Source of the DNA: Candidatus Caccoplasma merdipullorum
GTDB lineage: Bacteria; Bacteroidota; Bacteroidia; Bacteroidales; G3-4614
Assembly: GCA_017694415.1 (NCBI GenBank)
Contig: JADIMW010000084.1
Coordinates: 2,794 to 66,793 of the forward strand
Direction of reading: 5' to 3'
DNA length: 64,000 nt
Part shown: piece after piece, positions 18,702 to 27,975 of the stretch
How positions within the stretch are numbered: the stretch's first letter is position 1
Layout: every line of letters begins with the position of its first letter
Made by a program: the position numbers and the translations under genes
Notes under the pieces: model-generated
Databases searched by the model: none
The model's input: only the letters and a program-made list of their open reading frames with translations
Told to the model about the DNA's origin: nothing

Positions 18702-18709
18702 TAGCTTTG
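18702..18709 (+). promoter_or_regulatory. -7 promoter box TAGCTTTG
   Basis: Matches TAnnTTTG, 33 nt upstream of the ATG at 18742 and immediately downstream of the 11-bp repeat array. Confidence 0.4.
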
Positions 18710-18741
18710 CATCGGATTTTAAAAGAGGATAGAGATTTGTT

Positions 18742-21561
18742 ATGAAGAGTTTTTTTATTGTATGTTGCTTTTTGCTCTGCTCGCTTTCGGGCATCGCCTC
18801 GACGGTTATAAAGGGAGGGGTTACTGATGCGTCGAACGGCGAAGGGATTATAGGGGCTTCGGTTGTTTTGAACGGTAAGCCCGACTGCGGGGCGATAACG
18901 GATATTGACGGTAATTTTTCGTTGAGTATTCCTGACGGAACGGTTTTTCCTGTTGTTGTTACGGTGAACTACATCGGTTACAAAGAGGTAAGCATGAGGG
19001 TAAACGGGGCTGCGGATTCGCCCGTTGCAATCAGGATGAAAAGCGAGGATATTACGATGGACGAGGTGATGGTTACCGCCCGCCGCAAGACTAACAGCGA
19101 GGCGGGGATTCTTACTTCTACGCGTCTTTCTACTTCGGTAACTTCGGGTATTTCCGGCGGACAGATTGCGAAGACTGCCGACAGCGATGCCGGGGAGGCT
19201 GTCAAACGTATTCCGGGGGTTTCGCTTATCGACGGCAGATACATTATTGTTCGCGGCCTGTCGCAGCGTTACAACAATGTATGGATTAACGGGGGTGTGG
19301 CGCCGAGCAGCGAGGCTGACGGAAGGGCTTTTTCGTTCGATATTATCCCGAGCGGGAGCATCGACAATATTGTTGTCGCAAAGTCGTATTCGGCCGACTT
19401 GCCCGGCGATTTTTGCGGTGGTTTCATAAAAATAGGGACTAAGGGGATGCCCGACAAGAACTCGTTCAACATCGGTGTCGGTACGGGTTTCAACACAAAA
19501 ACGCACTTCAGGGAGATGCGCATCGGCAACCCGTCGTGTAGCGACTGGCTGGGTGTGGATAATCGCCAACGCACGCTTTCATCGGATTTTCCGGCTTCGC
19601 TCGACGAGGTTAAGACTCCCGACGGCATCACTTATTTTACTAAAAACGGTTTTAACAACGACTGGGGCATCAAGAGTTTCAGACCTTACCCGGACATAAA
19701 GTTCAATTTCGACCTTAACAGACGCATCGCGCGTCGCGTGGGGGTTACGCTTGCCGCCAACTACAAGAACGAGAACAAAACTTTGCAGAACGTTACGAAT
19801 AACCGCTACGGTGTTTACAGCGCAACTTCGGACGCTCCGACGATAGAGAAGGAATATACCGACAACCAGTATTCGAACAATGTTATGGTGTCGGCGCTTA
19901 ACAACTGGTTTTTTGAAATTGACCCCGCAAACAGGATAGAATTCAGGAACATGTTCAGCATACTCGGCAAGAACCGCCTTACGGAACGCTACGGCGTAAG
20001 CCGTGTGAGCGGCGACTATTTCGAGAAACAGACCGAACTGTATTATTCGTCGAGGATGACTTATACGGGTCAGCTGTCGGGTACGCACCTTCTCGACATG
20101 GACGGGGACAACCGCATTAACTGGACGGCCGGTTATGCATACGCAAACAAGAACGAACCCGACCGACGTATCGTCAGCAACCTCGGGGGTATTCCTGTCG
20201 ACGGCAACATTTCGCCCGACATCGCTACTTACAACGATAACATAAAGCGGTATTTCCAGAAACTGGACGATAATGTGGTTTCGGCCGCTGTGGACTATAC
20301 TAAGAAGTTCTCGGAAAAGAACATCGCCGCCACGCTGAAAGGGGGCGTTTATGGGGAATACCGCATGAGATGCTATACACCGAGGGAATTTACATACCGC
20401 ACCGACAACTTGTCGGTAAACGACCGGCTTTATTACCGCTCGCTGCCGTTTGAGGAGATGATGAGCGACGAATGGCTGGGGTATGACAAGGTGTATGCCG
20501 ACGAGATAACGGAAAAATACAACGCCTACGACGGCAAGTCGTCGATTGTAGCGGGGTATGTTACAACGACTCTTCCGATAGGGAAGTTCAACATTGACGC
20601 GGGCGTAAGGGTTGAATGGTGGAACATGAGCATACGGTACGACCGCTCCATGACGGCGTCGAACGTACTGATGACGGAAAACAGGTACGACGAGGTTTCA
20701 ATCCTTCCGGCAGTGAACATGTCGTACAACTTCAACGAGAAGCATTTGATGAGGCTCTCCTACGGACGCACCGTAAACCGTCCGGAATTCAGGGAGGTGT
20801 CGCCGTCGGTCTATTACGACTTCGACCTGTTTGCGGAGATTCAGGGTAACACCGAACTTAAAATAGCGGAGATAGACAACATCGACCTCAGATACGAATT
20901 TTATCCCGCTCCGGGCGAGACGGTAAGCATCGGGGCTTTTTACAAGCATTTCAAAAACCCGATTGAATGGAATTTCGTGGATATGGGCGGGTCGTACCGA
21001 TACAGCTACGAGAATGCAAAAAGCGCGTACGTTGCGGGTATTGAGGTGGATGTGAGAAAGACTCTCGATTTCGTGGGCGTGCCCGACCTCGCCGTGGTAT
21101 TCAACGCTTCGGCGGTATTGAGCAGACTGAAATTTTACGAAGGGGAACTTGTAAACGAGAAGGACAGACCGCTGCAAGGGCAATCGCCGTACATAATCAA
21201 CGCAGGGTTGTTCTATACGTCGTCGAACCCGAAAATAGGATTGTCGGCTTCGCTTATGTACAACATCATAGGGAAAAGGATTATAGGAGTGGGAAAGACA
21301 ACGTCGCTCAGCGGGGATACGGACTTCGACCTGCCGGATGCTTACGAGATGCCGCGCAACCTGCTCGATTTGAGCATTGCAAAGAAAATCGGGAAGTTCG
21401 TGGAGATAAAGGTATCGGTAAAGGATATTCTGGCGCAGCCCGTAACGGTGAAACAGTTCCCCACGGTTACGATAAACGGCGAAAAGCAGACTCGCGAGCA
21501 GACTACTTATGAATATCGTCCGGGAACTACATTCTCCTTCGGCATAAGCGTAAAACTTTAA
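18742..21561 (+). CDS. TonB-dependent receptor with N-terminal carboxypeptidase-regulatory-like domain
   Basis: 939 aa with a signal peptide, a CarbopepD_reg-like domain (GVTDASNGEGIIGASVVLNG...DGNFSL), a plug (IPGVSLIDGRYIIVRGLSQRYNNVWINGG) and a long beta-barrel. Confidence 0.9.
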   Translation: MKSFFIVCCFLLCSLSGIASTVIKGGVTDASNGEGIIGASVVLNGKPDCGAITDIDGNFSLSIPDGTVFPVVVTVNYIGYKEVSMRVNGAADSPVAIRMKSEDITMDEVMVTARRKTNSEAGILTSTRLSTSVTSGISGGQIAKTADSDAGEAVKRIPGVSLIDGRYIIVRGLSQRYNNVWINGGVAPSSEADGRAFSFDIIPSGSIDNIVVAKSYSADLPGDFCGGFIKIGTKGMPDKNSFNIGVGTGFNTKTHFREMRIGNPSCSDWLGVDNRQRTLSSDFPASLDEVKTPDGITYFTKNGFNNDWGIKSFRPYPDIKFNFDLNRRIARRVGVTLAANYKNENKTLQNVTNNRYGVYSATSDAPTIEKEYTDNQYSNNVMVSALNNWFFEIDPANRIEFRNMFSILGKNRLTERYGVSRVSGDYFEKQTELYYSSRMTYTGQLSGTHLLDMDGDNRINWTAGYAYANKNEPDRRIVSNLGGIPVDGNISPDIATYNDNIKRYFQKLDDNVVSAAVDYTKKFSEKNIAATLKGGVYGEYRMRCYTPREFTYRTDNLSVNDRLYYRSLPFEEMMSDEWLGYDKVYADEITEKYNAYDGKSSIVAGYVTTTLPIGKFNIDAGVRVEWWNMSIRYDRSMTASNVLMTENRYDEVSILPAVNMSYNFNEKHLMRLSYGRTVNRPEFREVSPSVYYDFDLFAEIQGNTELKIAEIDNIDLRYEFYPAPGETVSIGAFYKHFKNPIEWNFVDMGGSYRYSYENAKSAYVAGIEVDVRKTLDFVGVPDLAVVFNASAVLSRLKFYEGELVNEKDRPLQGQSPYIINAGLFYTSSNPKIGLSASLMYNIIGKRIIGVGKTTSLSGDTDFDLPDAYEMPRNLLDLSIAKKIGKFVEIKVSVKDILAQPVTVKQFPTVTINGEKQTREQTTYEYRPGTTFSFGISVKL

Positions 21562-21624
21562 CCTGAAAATTTATATAGAGACTTTAAACAAGAATTGAAT
21601 CACACTTATTTTAAAACGAGAATT

Positions 21625-23097
21625 ATGAAAGCTATTTTTAAAAGTGCCGTACTTGTCGCAGCGATAACGACGGCAATGTGCATGACTTCGTGCAACGACA
21701 AAGAGGATGATTTGGGCGGTGGCGGAAACTCCGGTGCAAACAAGGAGACGGTAAACATCGGCGACGGCTCGAACGCTTATGAGATAAACGAGAACATGAC
21801 GCTTACGGCCGACAAGAACTACAATCTGTTGGGGTGGGTTTATGTTACCGCGGGGAATACGCTGACAATAGAACCGGGAACGGTTATCAAGGGGGACAAG
21901 GAGAGTAAGGCCACCCTTATTATAGAGCGCGGCGCGAGACTGGTTGCCGAGGGGGAACAGAACAACCCTATAGTGTTTACTTCGGCTCAAGCTCCGGGAA
22001 TGCGCAAACCCGGCGACTGGGGCGGTATAATACTGCTCGGAAAGGCTACCAACAACAAGGGCGAAATGACGATTGAAGGGGGTGTGCGCTCTGCTCACGG
22101 CGGTAGCGACGACAGCGACAACTCGGGTATCCTGAAATACGTGAGGGTTGAATATGCCGGTATTGAATACTCTACCGACAATGAGATAAACTCCGTTACT
22201 TTCGGCTCGGTCGGCAGCGGTACGCAGGTGGACTACGTTCAGGTTTCGTACTCGGGCGACGACAGCTACGAATGGTTCGGGGGAACTGTAAACTGTAAAC
22301 ACCTCGTGGCTCTGGGAACATGGGACGACGACTTCGATACCGACAACGGTTACCGCGGGAAACTGCAGTTCCTCGTCGGCCTGCGCGACCCGAAATATGC
22401 CGACAAGTCGTCATCGAACGGTTTCGAGAGCGACAACGAATCGGGAGGCCAGCCTATCGACCCGCGTACCCGTCCGATATTTGCCAACGTGTCGCTGTTC
22501 GGACCCGTCGATAACCCCGCAACTTATGTGGACGAGGGTAACACTCACGGAAGCGACATGGGTATTTTCCAGACCGGCGTCCAGATTCGCCGTTCTTCGG
22601 AACTGAACCTCTTCAACTCGGTTATCGCAGCGTGGCCGATAGGTCTGATAATAGAGAACGACAAGAGCGGTTCTACCACTCAGGAGGATGCCACTGCCGG
22701 TTTCTGCAACGTTATGGGCAATGTTATGGCAGGCACGCGCAAAAACTTCCAAGATGCTGCTCTCAACCCGAAAAACCGTACCGACGTGGTTAATCCCGCC
22801 GATGCCGGAACTTTCGTAACCGACTACTGGAACAAGTCGACAAGAAAGAATTCGCAGCCTCTCGCATCGCTCGCCGAACTTATGTTGCAGGGCGACCCTC
22901 TGAATATAAACAATCCCGACTTCTGTCCGAGCTCTACTTCTCCTCTTGCTTCGGGTGCCGACTGGAGCCACGCATACGTACAGGATGCCTTCTTCTCGCA
23001 CGTAAGCTACCGCGGCGCATTCGCTCCCGAGGAGAGCGCATCGAACAACTGGATGAGCGGCTGGACAAACTTCGACCCGCAGAACACGGTTTATTAA
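21625..23097 (+). CDS. hypothetical lipoprotein, probable beta-helix fold
   Basis: Start trimmed to MKAIFKSAVLVAAITTAMCMTSC (lipobox Cys). Repetitive G/N/D-rich beta-strand pattern (TLTIEPGTVIKGDK..., GGIILLGKATNN). Lies 63 nt downstream of the TonB-dependent receptor on the same strand. Confidence 0.7.
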   Translation: MKAIFKSAVLVAAITTAMCMTSCNDKEDDLGGGGNSGANKETVNIGDGSNAYEINENMTLTADKNYNLLGWVYVTAGNTLTIEPGTVIKGDKESKATLIIERGARLVAEGEQNNPIVFTSAQAPGMRKPGDWGGIILLGKATNNKGEMTIEGGVRSAHGGSDDSDNSGILKYVRVEYAGIEYSTDNEINSVTFGSVGSGTQVDYVQVSYSGDDSYEWFGGTVNCKHLVALGTWDDDFDTDNGYRGKLQFLVGLRDPKYADKSSSNGFESDNESGGQPIDPRTRPIFANVSLFGPVDNPATYVDEGNTHGSDMGIFQTGVQIRRSSELNLFNSVIAAWPIGLIIENDKSGSTTQEDATAGFCNVMGNVMAGTRKNFQDAALNPKNRTDVVNPADAGTFVTDYWNKSTRKNSQPLASLAELMLQGDPLNINNPDFCPSSTSPLASGADWSHAYVQDAFFSHVSYRGAFAPEESASNNWMSGWTNFDPQNTVY

Positions 23098-23129
23098 TTC
23101 TGACATATTCTCCTTTACGGGAGAGGACT

Positions 23130-23160
23130 GGAGACGTGCCGAAAATTTCGACGCGTCTCC
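23130..23160 (+). terminator. terminator candidate after the lipoprotein gene
   Basis: A ggagacg...cgtctcc stem followed by tttcgtc. Confidence 0.55.
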
Positions 23161-23231
23161 TTTCGTCATGTAACGGATTATTTCGCTATATTCGCATTAG
23201 CTTTTATGGATAAAAAGGTGTAACCGCGGAA

Positions 23232-24509
23232 ATGGACGATATTCTTGCTTTTATTTGGAGAAACAACCTGCTGAAGAGAGAGTCGCTGCGATGCTGCGAC
23301 GGCAGGGGATTGAGAGTGGTTTCTCCCGGTCGGGAAACGTCGTGCGGAAGCGGGGTGTTCGCTGGCGCCGTAATTGAAACGGACGGCAAACGGACTTCGG
23401 GGAACGTGGCGGTATCGCCGTCGCCGAAGGGAGGGAAGACGGGGAATGTTATTTTAACGGTGGCGGAAGCCGACGGTGATTTACGCAAATGGAACTCCTC
23501 CTCTCCTACTCTGTTGGTTGAAATAGGCCGCGAAATAAAGGAGGCGGCGCGAAACCTGCGTTCGAAAACGGAGGAGGCTCCGTGCGGCGGGACTATGACG
23601 CAATTGCCGCCGCTGTTCGCCGCCGATTTGTTTACGTCGCTGGCGCTGGAACGCCTCCAGAACAAGAGTACGAGGATTCTAAAATGGCTGGAACTGTACA
23701 ACGGTGATTGGGAAGAGGTCTGTTACGTGTCGATTGCCCGCAGTCTGGGTTTCGGAATCAACGGCGACCCGTTCGAGGAGACTGCCCGACGGTTGCCGCT
23801 CGGCTTTCTGCGCAAACATGCCGACTCGCTTTTTCAAACGGAAGCAATGCTGTTCGGCTGCGCCGGACTGCTCGGCAAACCGGATGAGGGGAACGACGGC
23901 TACACGAACCGCCTCTGCAACGAGTTCGGCTTTTTGAGCCGCAAGTTTTCTCTTTCGCCGATAGAGGGAAAGGAGAAATGGCGTTTCAGCGGTGTACGCC
24001 CGTCGAACTTCCCGCACCAGAGGATTGCTTTTCTCGCAAAGTTTATTACACGTTTCGACGGTATCTTCGCAAGGATAACCGATGCACGGGACGCATCGGA
24101 AATAAGGGATATTTTCGATTTTTACCTCGACGACTACTGGGATACGCATTATACTTTCGGCCGCGAAACGCCTCCGGTAAAAAAGAGCCTCGGGCGGGGC
24201 GGGAACGATATTGTCCTGATTAACGGCATAGCTCCGCTGCTGTACGCTTATTCGTGCCGACAGGGAAACGATGTTTATGCCGACCGCGCCGTATCGCTGA
24301 TTGAAAACTGCCGTCCGGAAAGAAACCATATAACGAAAAGGTTCGCGGCGTACGGAATGCCGTGCGACAATGCGCTGGCTTCGCAGGCAATGGTAGAACT
24401 GTATAACGGATATTGCTCAAAACGGAGATGCCTCGAATGCAGGATAGGGATGCTCTACATGAAAGGGATTATTTGCGACAATATCCGCATTATCTGCTTC
24501 AACGGGTAA
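23232..24509 (+). CDS. DUF2851-family protein (divergent)
   Basis: 425 aa. The N-terminus (ILAFIWRNNLL...CDGRGLRVVSPG), the middle (NWEEV-like DWEEVCYVSIARSLGFG, EAMLFGCAGLL) and the C-terminal CxxC (CLEC) fit my recollection of DUF2851. Confidence 0.65.
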   Translation: MDDILAFIWRNNLLKRESLRCCDGRGLRVVSPGRETSCGSGVFAGAVIETDGKRTSGNVAVSPSPKGGKTGNVILTVAEADGDLRKWNSSSPTLLVEIGREIKEAARNLRSKTEEAPCGGTMTQLPPLFAADLFTSLALERLQNKSTRILKWLELYNGDWEEVCYVSIARSLGFGINGDPFEETARRLPLGFLRKHADSLFQTEAMLFGCAGLLGKPDEGNDGYTNRLCNEFGFLSRKFSLSPIEGKEKWRFSGVRPSNFPHQRIAFLAKFITRFDGIFARITDARDASEIRDIFDFYLDDYWDTHYTFGRETPPVKKSLGRGGNDIVLINGIAPLLYAYSCRQGNDVYADRAVSLIENCRPERNHITKRFAAYGMPCDNALASQAMVELYNGYCSKRRCLECRIGMLYMKGIICDNIRIICFNG

Positions 24510-24637
24510 TTTTTGCGGCACATACAGGTTTATATTACGGAAATTATTGTTTACTTTGCTGTAACGGCGGCTGAAGATGCCGATACGGCTATCGGACTCT
24601 CCCGACGGCAAGTGTCCACTACAAACATACGAATACA

Positions 24638-26794
24638 ATGAGCATGAACAAAAAGAGCAAGGGTAAGGAGCGGAAACGGCTTACAAAGAGCGAGATGATT
24701 AAGAGAATAGAGAAATTCTTCAACGAACGTCCGTCCAACATATACAACTACAAGCAGGTTTCGAGAGGCATAGATGCCAAAACCGAACCCGAAAAATGCG
24801 AAGTTGCCCGTATCCTGCAACAGATGTGCAGCGACAAGTTCTTGTGCGAACCCGACCCGGGACGCTACCGCCGCAATCCGAAAAAGGACTTGCGCGAGGG
24901 GACTTTCCAGAGAAAAGGGCACGGCGGGCATTTTATCATCCCGGAAGGGGGAGGCGAACCGATTGCCGTAAAGGAGGAGGATTCGCTTCATGCTCTCACG
25001 GGCGACAAGGTGGAGTATGTACTGCTTACCAAACGCCGCCGGCACGATTTGGAGGGACGTGTGTCGGGCATAAAGGAACGTGCCGAACATACGTTTGTGG
25101 GGGTTTTAGAGGTAAAGAAACATTATGCTTTTCTTGTAACGAACAACCGCGTACTGGACTGCGACATTTACATACCGCTCGACAAACTGCACGGCGCACT
25201 CGACGGAGACAAGGTGGTTACGCGTATTACGAGCTGGGAACCGTGGGAGAACAACCCCGTGGGGGAAGTTGTGGACAAACTCGGTACTCCGGGGGAGAAC
25301 AATACCGAGATGCACGCTATTCTGGCGGAATTCGGACTTCCGTACAGGTATCCGCAAAAGGTTGAGGAGGCGGCCGACAAGATAAGCGACGAGCTGCCGG
25401 CCGACGAGATTGCCCGCCGCGAGGATTTCAGAGGGGTTACCACATTTACTATCGACCCGAAGGATGCGAAGGATTTTGACGATGCCCTTTCAATAAGGAG
25501 GCTCGACAACGGCAATACCGAAGTGGGCGTGCATATTGCCGACGTATCGTATTATGTAAAACCGGACAGCATAATAGACAAGGAGGCGTACCAAAGGGCT
25601 ACTTCGGTATATCTCGTGGACAGGACTATACCGATGTTGCCTGAAAGGCTTTGCAACGAACTCTGCTCGCTCCGCCCGGACGAGGAGAAGTTCTGCTTCT
25701 CTGCGATTTTCGAAATGAACGACGATGCCGATATTGTTTCATCGAGGATAAAACGGTGCGTAATCCGCTCCGACCGCCGCTTCGCCTACGAAGAGGTTCA
25801 GGAGATTCTGGAAAAGGGCGAAGGGGAATATGTAACGGAATTGTCGAAACTGAACGATTTGGCGCACAAGCTCCGCAAACGCCGCTTTTCGCACGGGTCA
25901 ATCGATTTCGACAGGTGTGAGGTGCGCTTCGACATAGACGAAAACGGCAAGCCCGTAAGCGTATATTTCAAGGAATCGAAGGATGCCAACAAACTTATCG
26001 AGGAGTTTATGCTGCTGGCAAACCGCACGGTAGCTGAAGCCATAGGCAAAGTACCGAAAGGAAAGGCCAAAAAGTCGTTCGTTTACCGCGTCCACGATTT
26101 GCCCGATACGGAAAAGATGAACGACGTGTCGAAGTTCGTACGCCGCCTCGGTTATACGTTGAAAACGGACGGTACGCGCAACCAGCTTACCGAATCGATA
26201 AACTCGATGCTGCACAAGGCAAAGGAGAAACCTGAAGAGAATCTGATTTCGACGATAACTATCCGCGCAATGGCCAAAGCCGTCTATACGACAAAGAATA
26301 TAGGGCACTACGGCCTGGCATTCGCATACTATACGCATTTTACATCGCCCATACGCCGTTATCCCGATGTAATGGTACACCGTCTGCTGGAACGTTATCT
26401 TGCCGGGGGACGGAGCGTAAACCAGAAAAAGCTGGAGGAGATTTGCCAACATTCGTCGGATATGGAAATGACGGCGGCAAATGCCGAAAGAGCCTCGATA
26501 AAATACAAACAGGCCGAGTTCCTCGGCGACCGGCTCGGCATGGAATACGACGGTACGATTTCGGGCATCAACAAATTCGGAATTTATGTGGAGATTGACG
26601 AGAACAAGTGCGAGGGAATGATTCCGTTCAGGGATTTCGACGATGACTTCTATGAGTTCGACGAAAAGAACTATTGCGCCCGCGGACGTTCCACACACAA
26701 GATATACCGCCTCGGCGACCCGATGAAGATACGCATAGCCCGCGTAAACATGGAGAAACGTCAGGTGGACTTTGCATTGATTGAAAAGAGATAA
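24638..26794 (+). CDS. rnr: ribonuclease R
   Basis: 718 aa with cold-shock-like domains, an RNB domain (FTIDPKDAKDFDDALS, YTHFTSPIRRYPD) and a C-terminal S1 domain. Confidence 0.95.
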   Translation: MSMNKKSKGKERKRLTKSEMIKRIEKFFNERPSNIYNYKQVSRGIDAKTEPEKCEVARILQQMCSDKFLCEPDPGRYRRNPKKDLREGTFQRKGHGGHFIIPEGGGEPIAVKEEDSLHALTGDKVEYVLLTKRRRHDLEGRVSGIKERAEHTFVGVLEVKKHYAFLVTNNRVLDCDIYIPLDKLHGALDGDKVVTRITSWEPWENNPVGEVVDKLGTPGENNTEMHAILAEFGLPYRYPQKVEEAADKISDELPADEIARREDFRGVTTFTIDPKDAKDFDDALSIRRLDNGNTEVGVHIADVSYYVKPDSIIDKEAYQRATSVYLVDRTIPMLPERLCNELCSLRPDEEKFCFSAIFEMNDDADIVSSRIKRCVIRSDRRFAYEEVQEILEKGEGEYVTELSKLNDLAHKLRKRRFSHGSIDFDRCEVRFDIDENGKPVSVYFKESKDANKLIEEFMLLANRTVAEAIGKVPKGKAKKSFVYRVHDLPDTEKMNDVSKFVRRLGYTLKTDGTRNQLTESINSMLHKAKEKPEENLISTITIRAMAKAVYTTKNIGHYGLAFAYYTHFTSPIRRYPDVMVHRLLERYLAGGRSVNQKKLEEICQHSSDMEMTAANAERASIKYKQAEFLGDRLGMEYDGTISGINKFGIYVEIDENKCEGMIPFRDFDDDFYEFDEKNYCARGRSTHKIYRLGDPMKIRIARVNMEKRQVDFALIEKR

Positions 26795-26808
26795 CCGCCG
26801 CCTGCAAA

Positions 26809-27663
26809 ATGGAAACGCCTGCTGAAAATCATCGGCTGACCAATTATCACTCGCACACGCCGTACTGCGACGGCAGATGCGACATGGAGGAGTTTGTCGC
26901 TACGGCCGTGTGGCTCGGATTCGCGTCGTACGGGATTTCGCCCCACTCTCCCCTGCCCCTTCCGTCGGGATGCAACATGAAAAGGGAGAGGGTAGCCGAT
27001 TTTATCGAGGAAATGGAGAGGCTTAAAAGGAAATACGGCAGACGGATAGAACTTTATACGGGCATGGAGATAGACTTCATTGGCGATGAATGGGGCCCGT
27101 CGAACGATTTTTTCGCTTCCCTGCCGTTGGATTACCGTATAGGCGCGGTACATTTCCTGCGGTGCGACGACGGCGGGTTTGCCGAAATAGACTGTTCGGC
27201 CACGACTTTCAAAGAGATTGCCGACAACCGTTTCGGAGGTAATATCCGGCGTCTTGTGGAGCGTTATTTCGCCGCCATGCTCGACATGATTGAACGCGGA
27301 GGGTTCGATTTTGCCGCTCACCCCGACAAGATTTCGATGAATGCGTCGGCATACTCTCCCGGCATAACCGAAGAAAAGTGGTATTCGGAACTGTTACATG
27401 CCTACTTCGAACGGATAGCTGCAACGGGAACGATGCTGGAGGTAAACACTAAGGCATACAGCCGCACGGGGTTTCTATTCCCCAACAGGAAATGGTTTGC
27501 GGAACTGAAACGCCTCGGCATTGAACTGACGGTAAACAGCGATGCGCATATTCCCGCGCTTATGACTTGCGGGTTTGACGACACCAAAAGGTTTCTCAGG
27601 GAGGCCGGGTACGACCACGTAATGCAACTGAAAGGGGGAGTGTGGCGCGAGAACCCGCTGTAA
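26809..27663 (+). CDS. histidinol-phosphatase, PHP/HisJ family
   Basis: N-terminal NYHSHTPYCDG motif. 284 aa with PHP-domain His/Asp pattern (AHPD, NSDAH). Confidence 0.8.
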   Translation: METPAENHRLTNYHSHTPYCDGRCDMEEFVATAVWLGFASYGISPHSPLPLPSGCNMKRERVADFIEEMERLKRKYGRRIELYTGMEIDFIGDEWGPSNDFFASLPLDYRIGAVHFLRCDDGGFAEIDCSATTFKEIADNRFGGNIRRLVERYFAAMLDMIERGGFDFAAHPDKISMNASAYSPGITEEKWYSELLHAYFERIAATGTMLEVNTKAYSRTGFLFPNRKWFAELKRLGIELTVNSDAHIPALMTCGFDDTKRFLREAGYDHVMQLKGGVWRENPL

Positions 27664-27718
27664 AAAGGGCGGGCGGACGGCCTTATTTTTCGGTTGCCGT
27701 ACAGCATAAGATTCCTGC

Positions 27719-27737
27719 CCGGCGTAAAGGATGCCGG
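27719..27737 (+). terminator. terminator candidate
   Basis: A ccggc-gtaaaggat-gccgg stem-loop followed by atttttatttttt. Confidence 0.5.
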
Positions 27738-27975
27738 ATTTTTATTTTTTCTGCATTTTTTTCGGACTAAATTCTGTTGCACGACTGCATAACGGAACAT
27801 TTTAAGTACATTTTTTGTATCTTTGACTCTGTCGAAAGGAAGAGGACGGCTCAACACGTTTTTGCAAACGGATTCGAAACGTCCGGCTCCCGATTCTTCT
27901 GCTCCTTAATTTATCGTGTCGGGAGAAGGGATTTTTACCTTGGTCGTTTTTTTTGATTCTTTTTTATCTATCTGC

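Noticed and set aside
18572-18741. Possible cobalamin or other riboswitch upstream of the TonB-dependent receptor.
   Set aside because: There is no B12-box-like GCCACTG core or other riboswitch consensus that I recognise. The leader after the -7 box is only about 30 nt.
27402-27857. 151-aa minus-strand ORF spanning the hisJ-like 3' end and the parE upstream region.
   Set aside because: It overlaps a well-supported plus-strand gene and its terminator, and the composition is Arg/Ser/Pro-rich with no motif.
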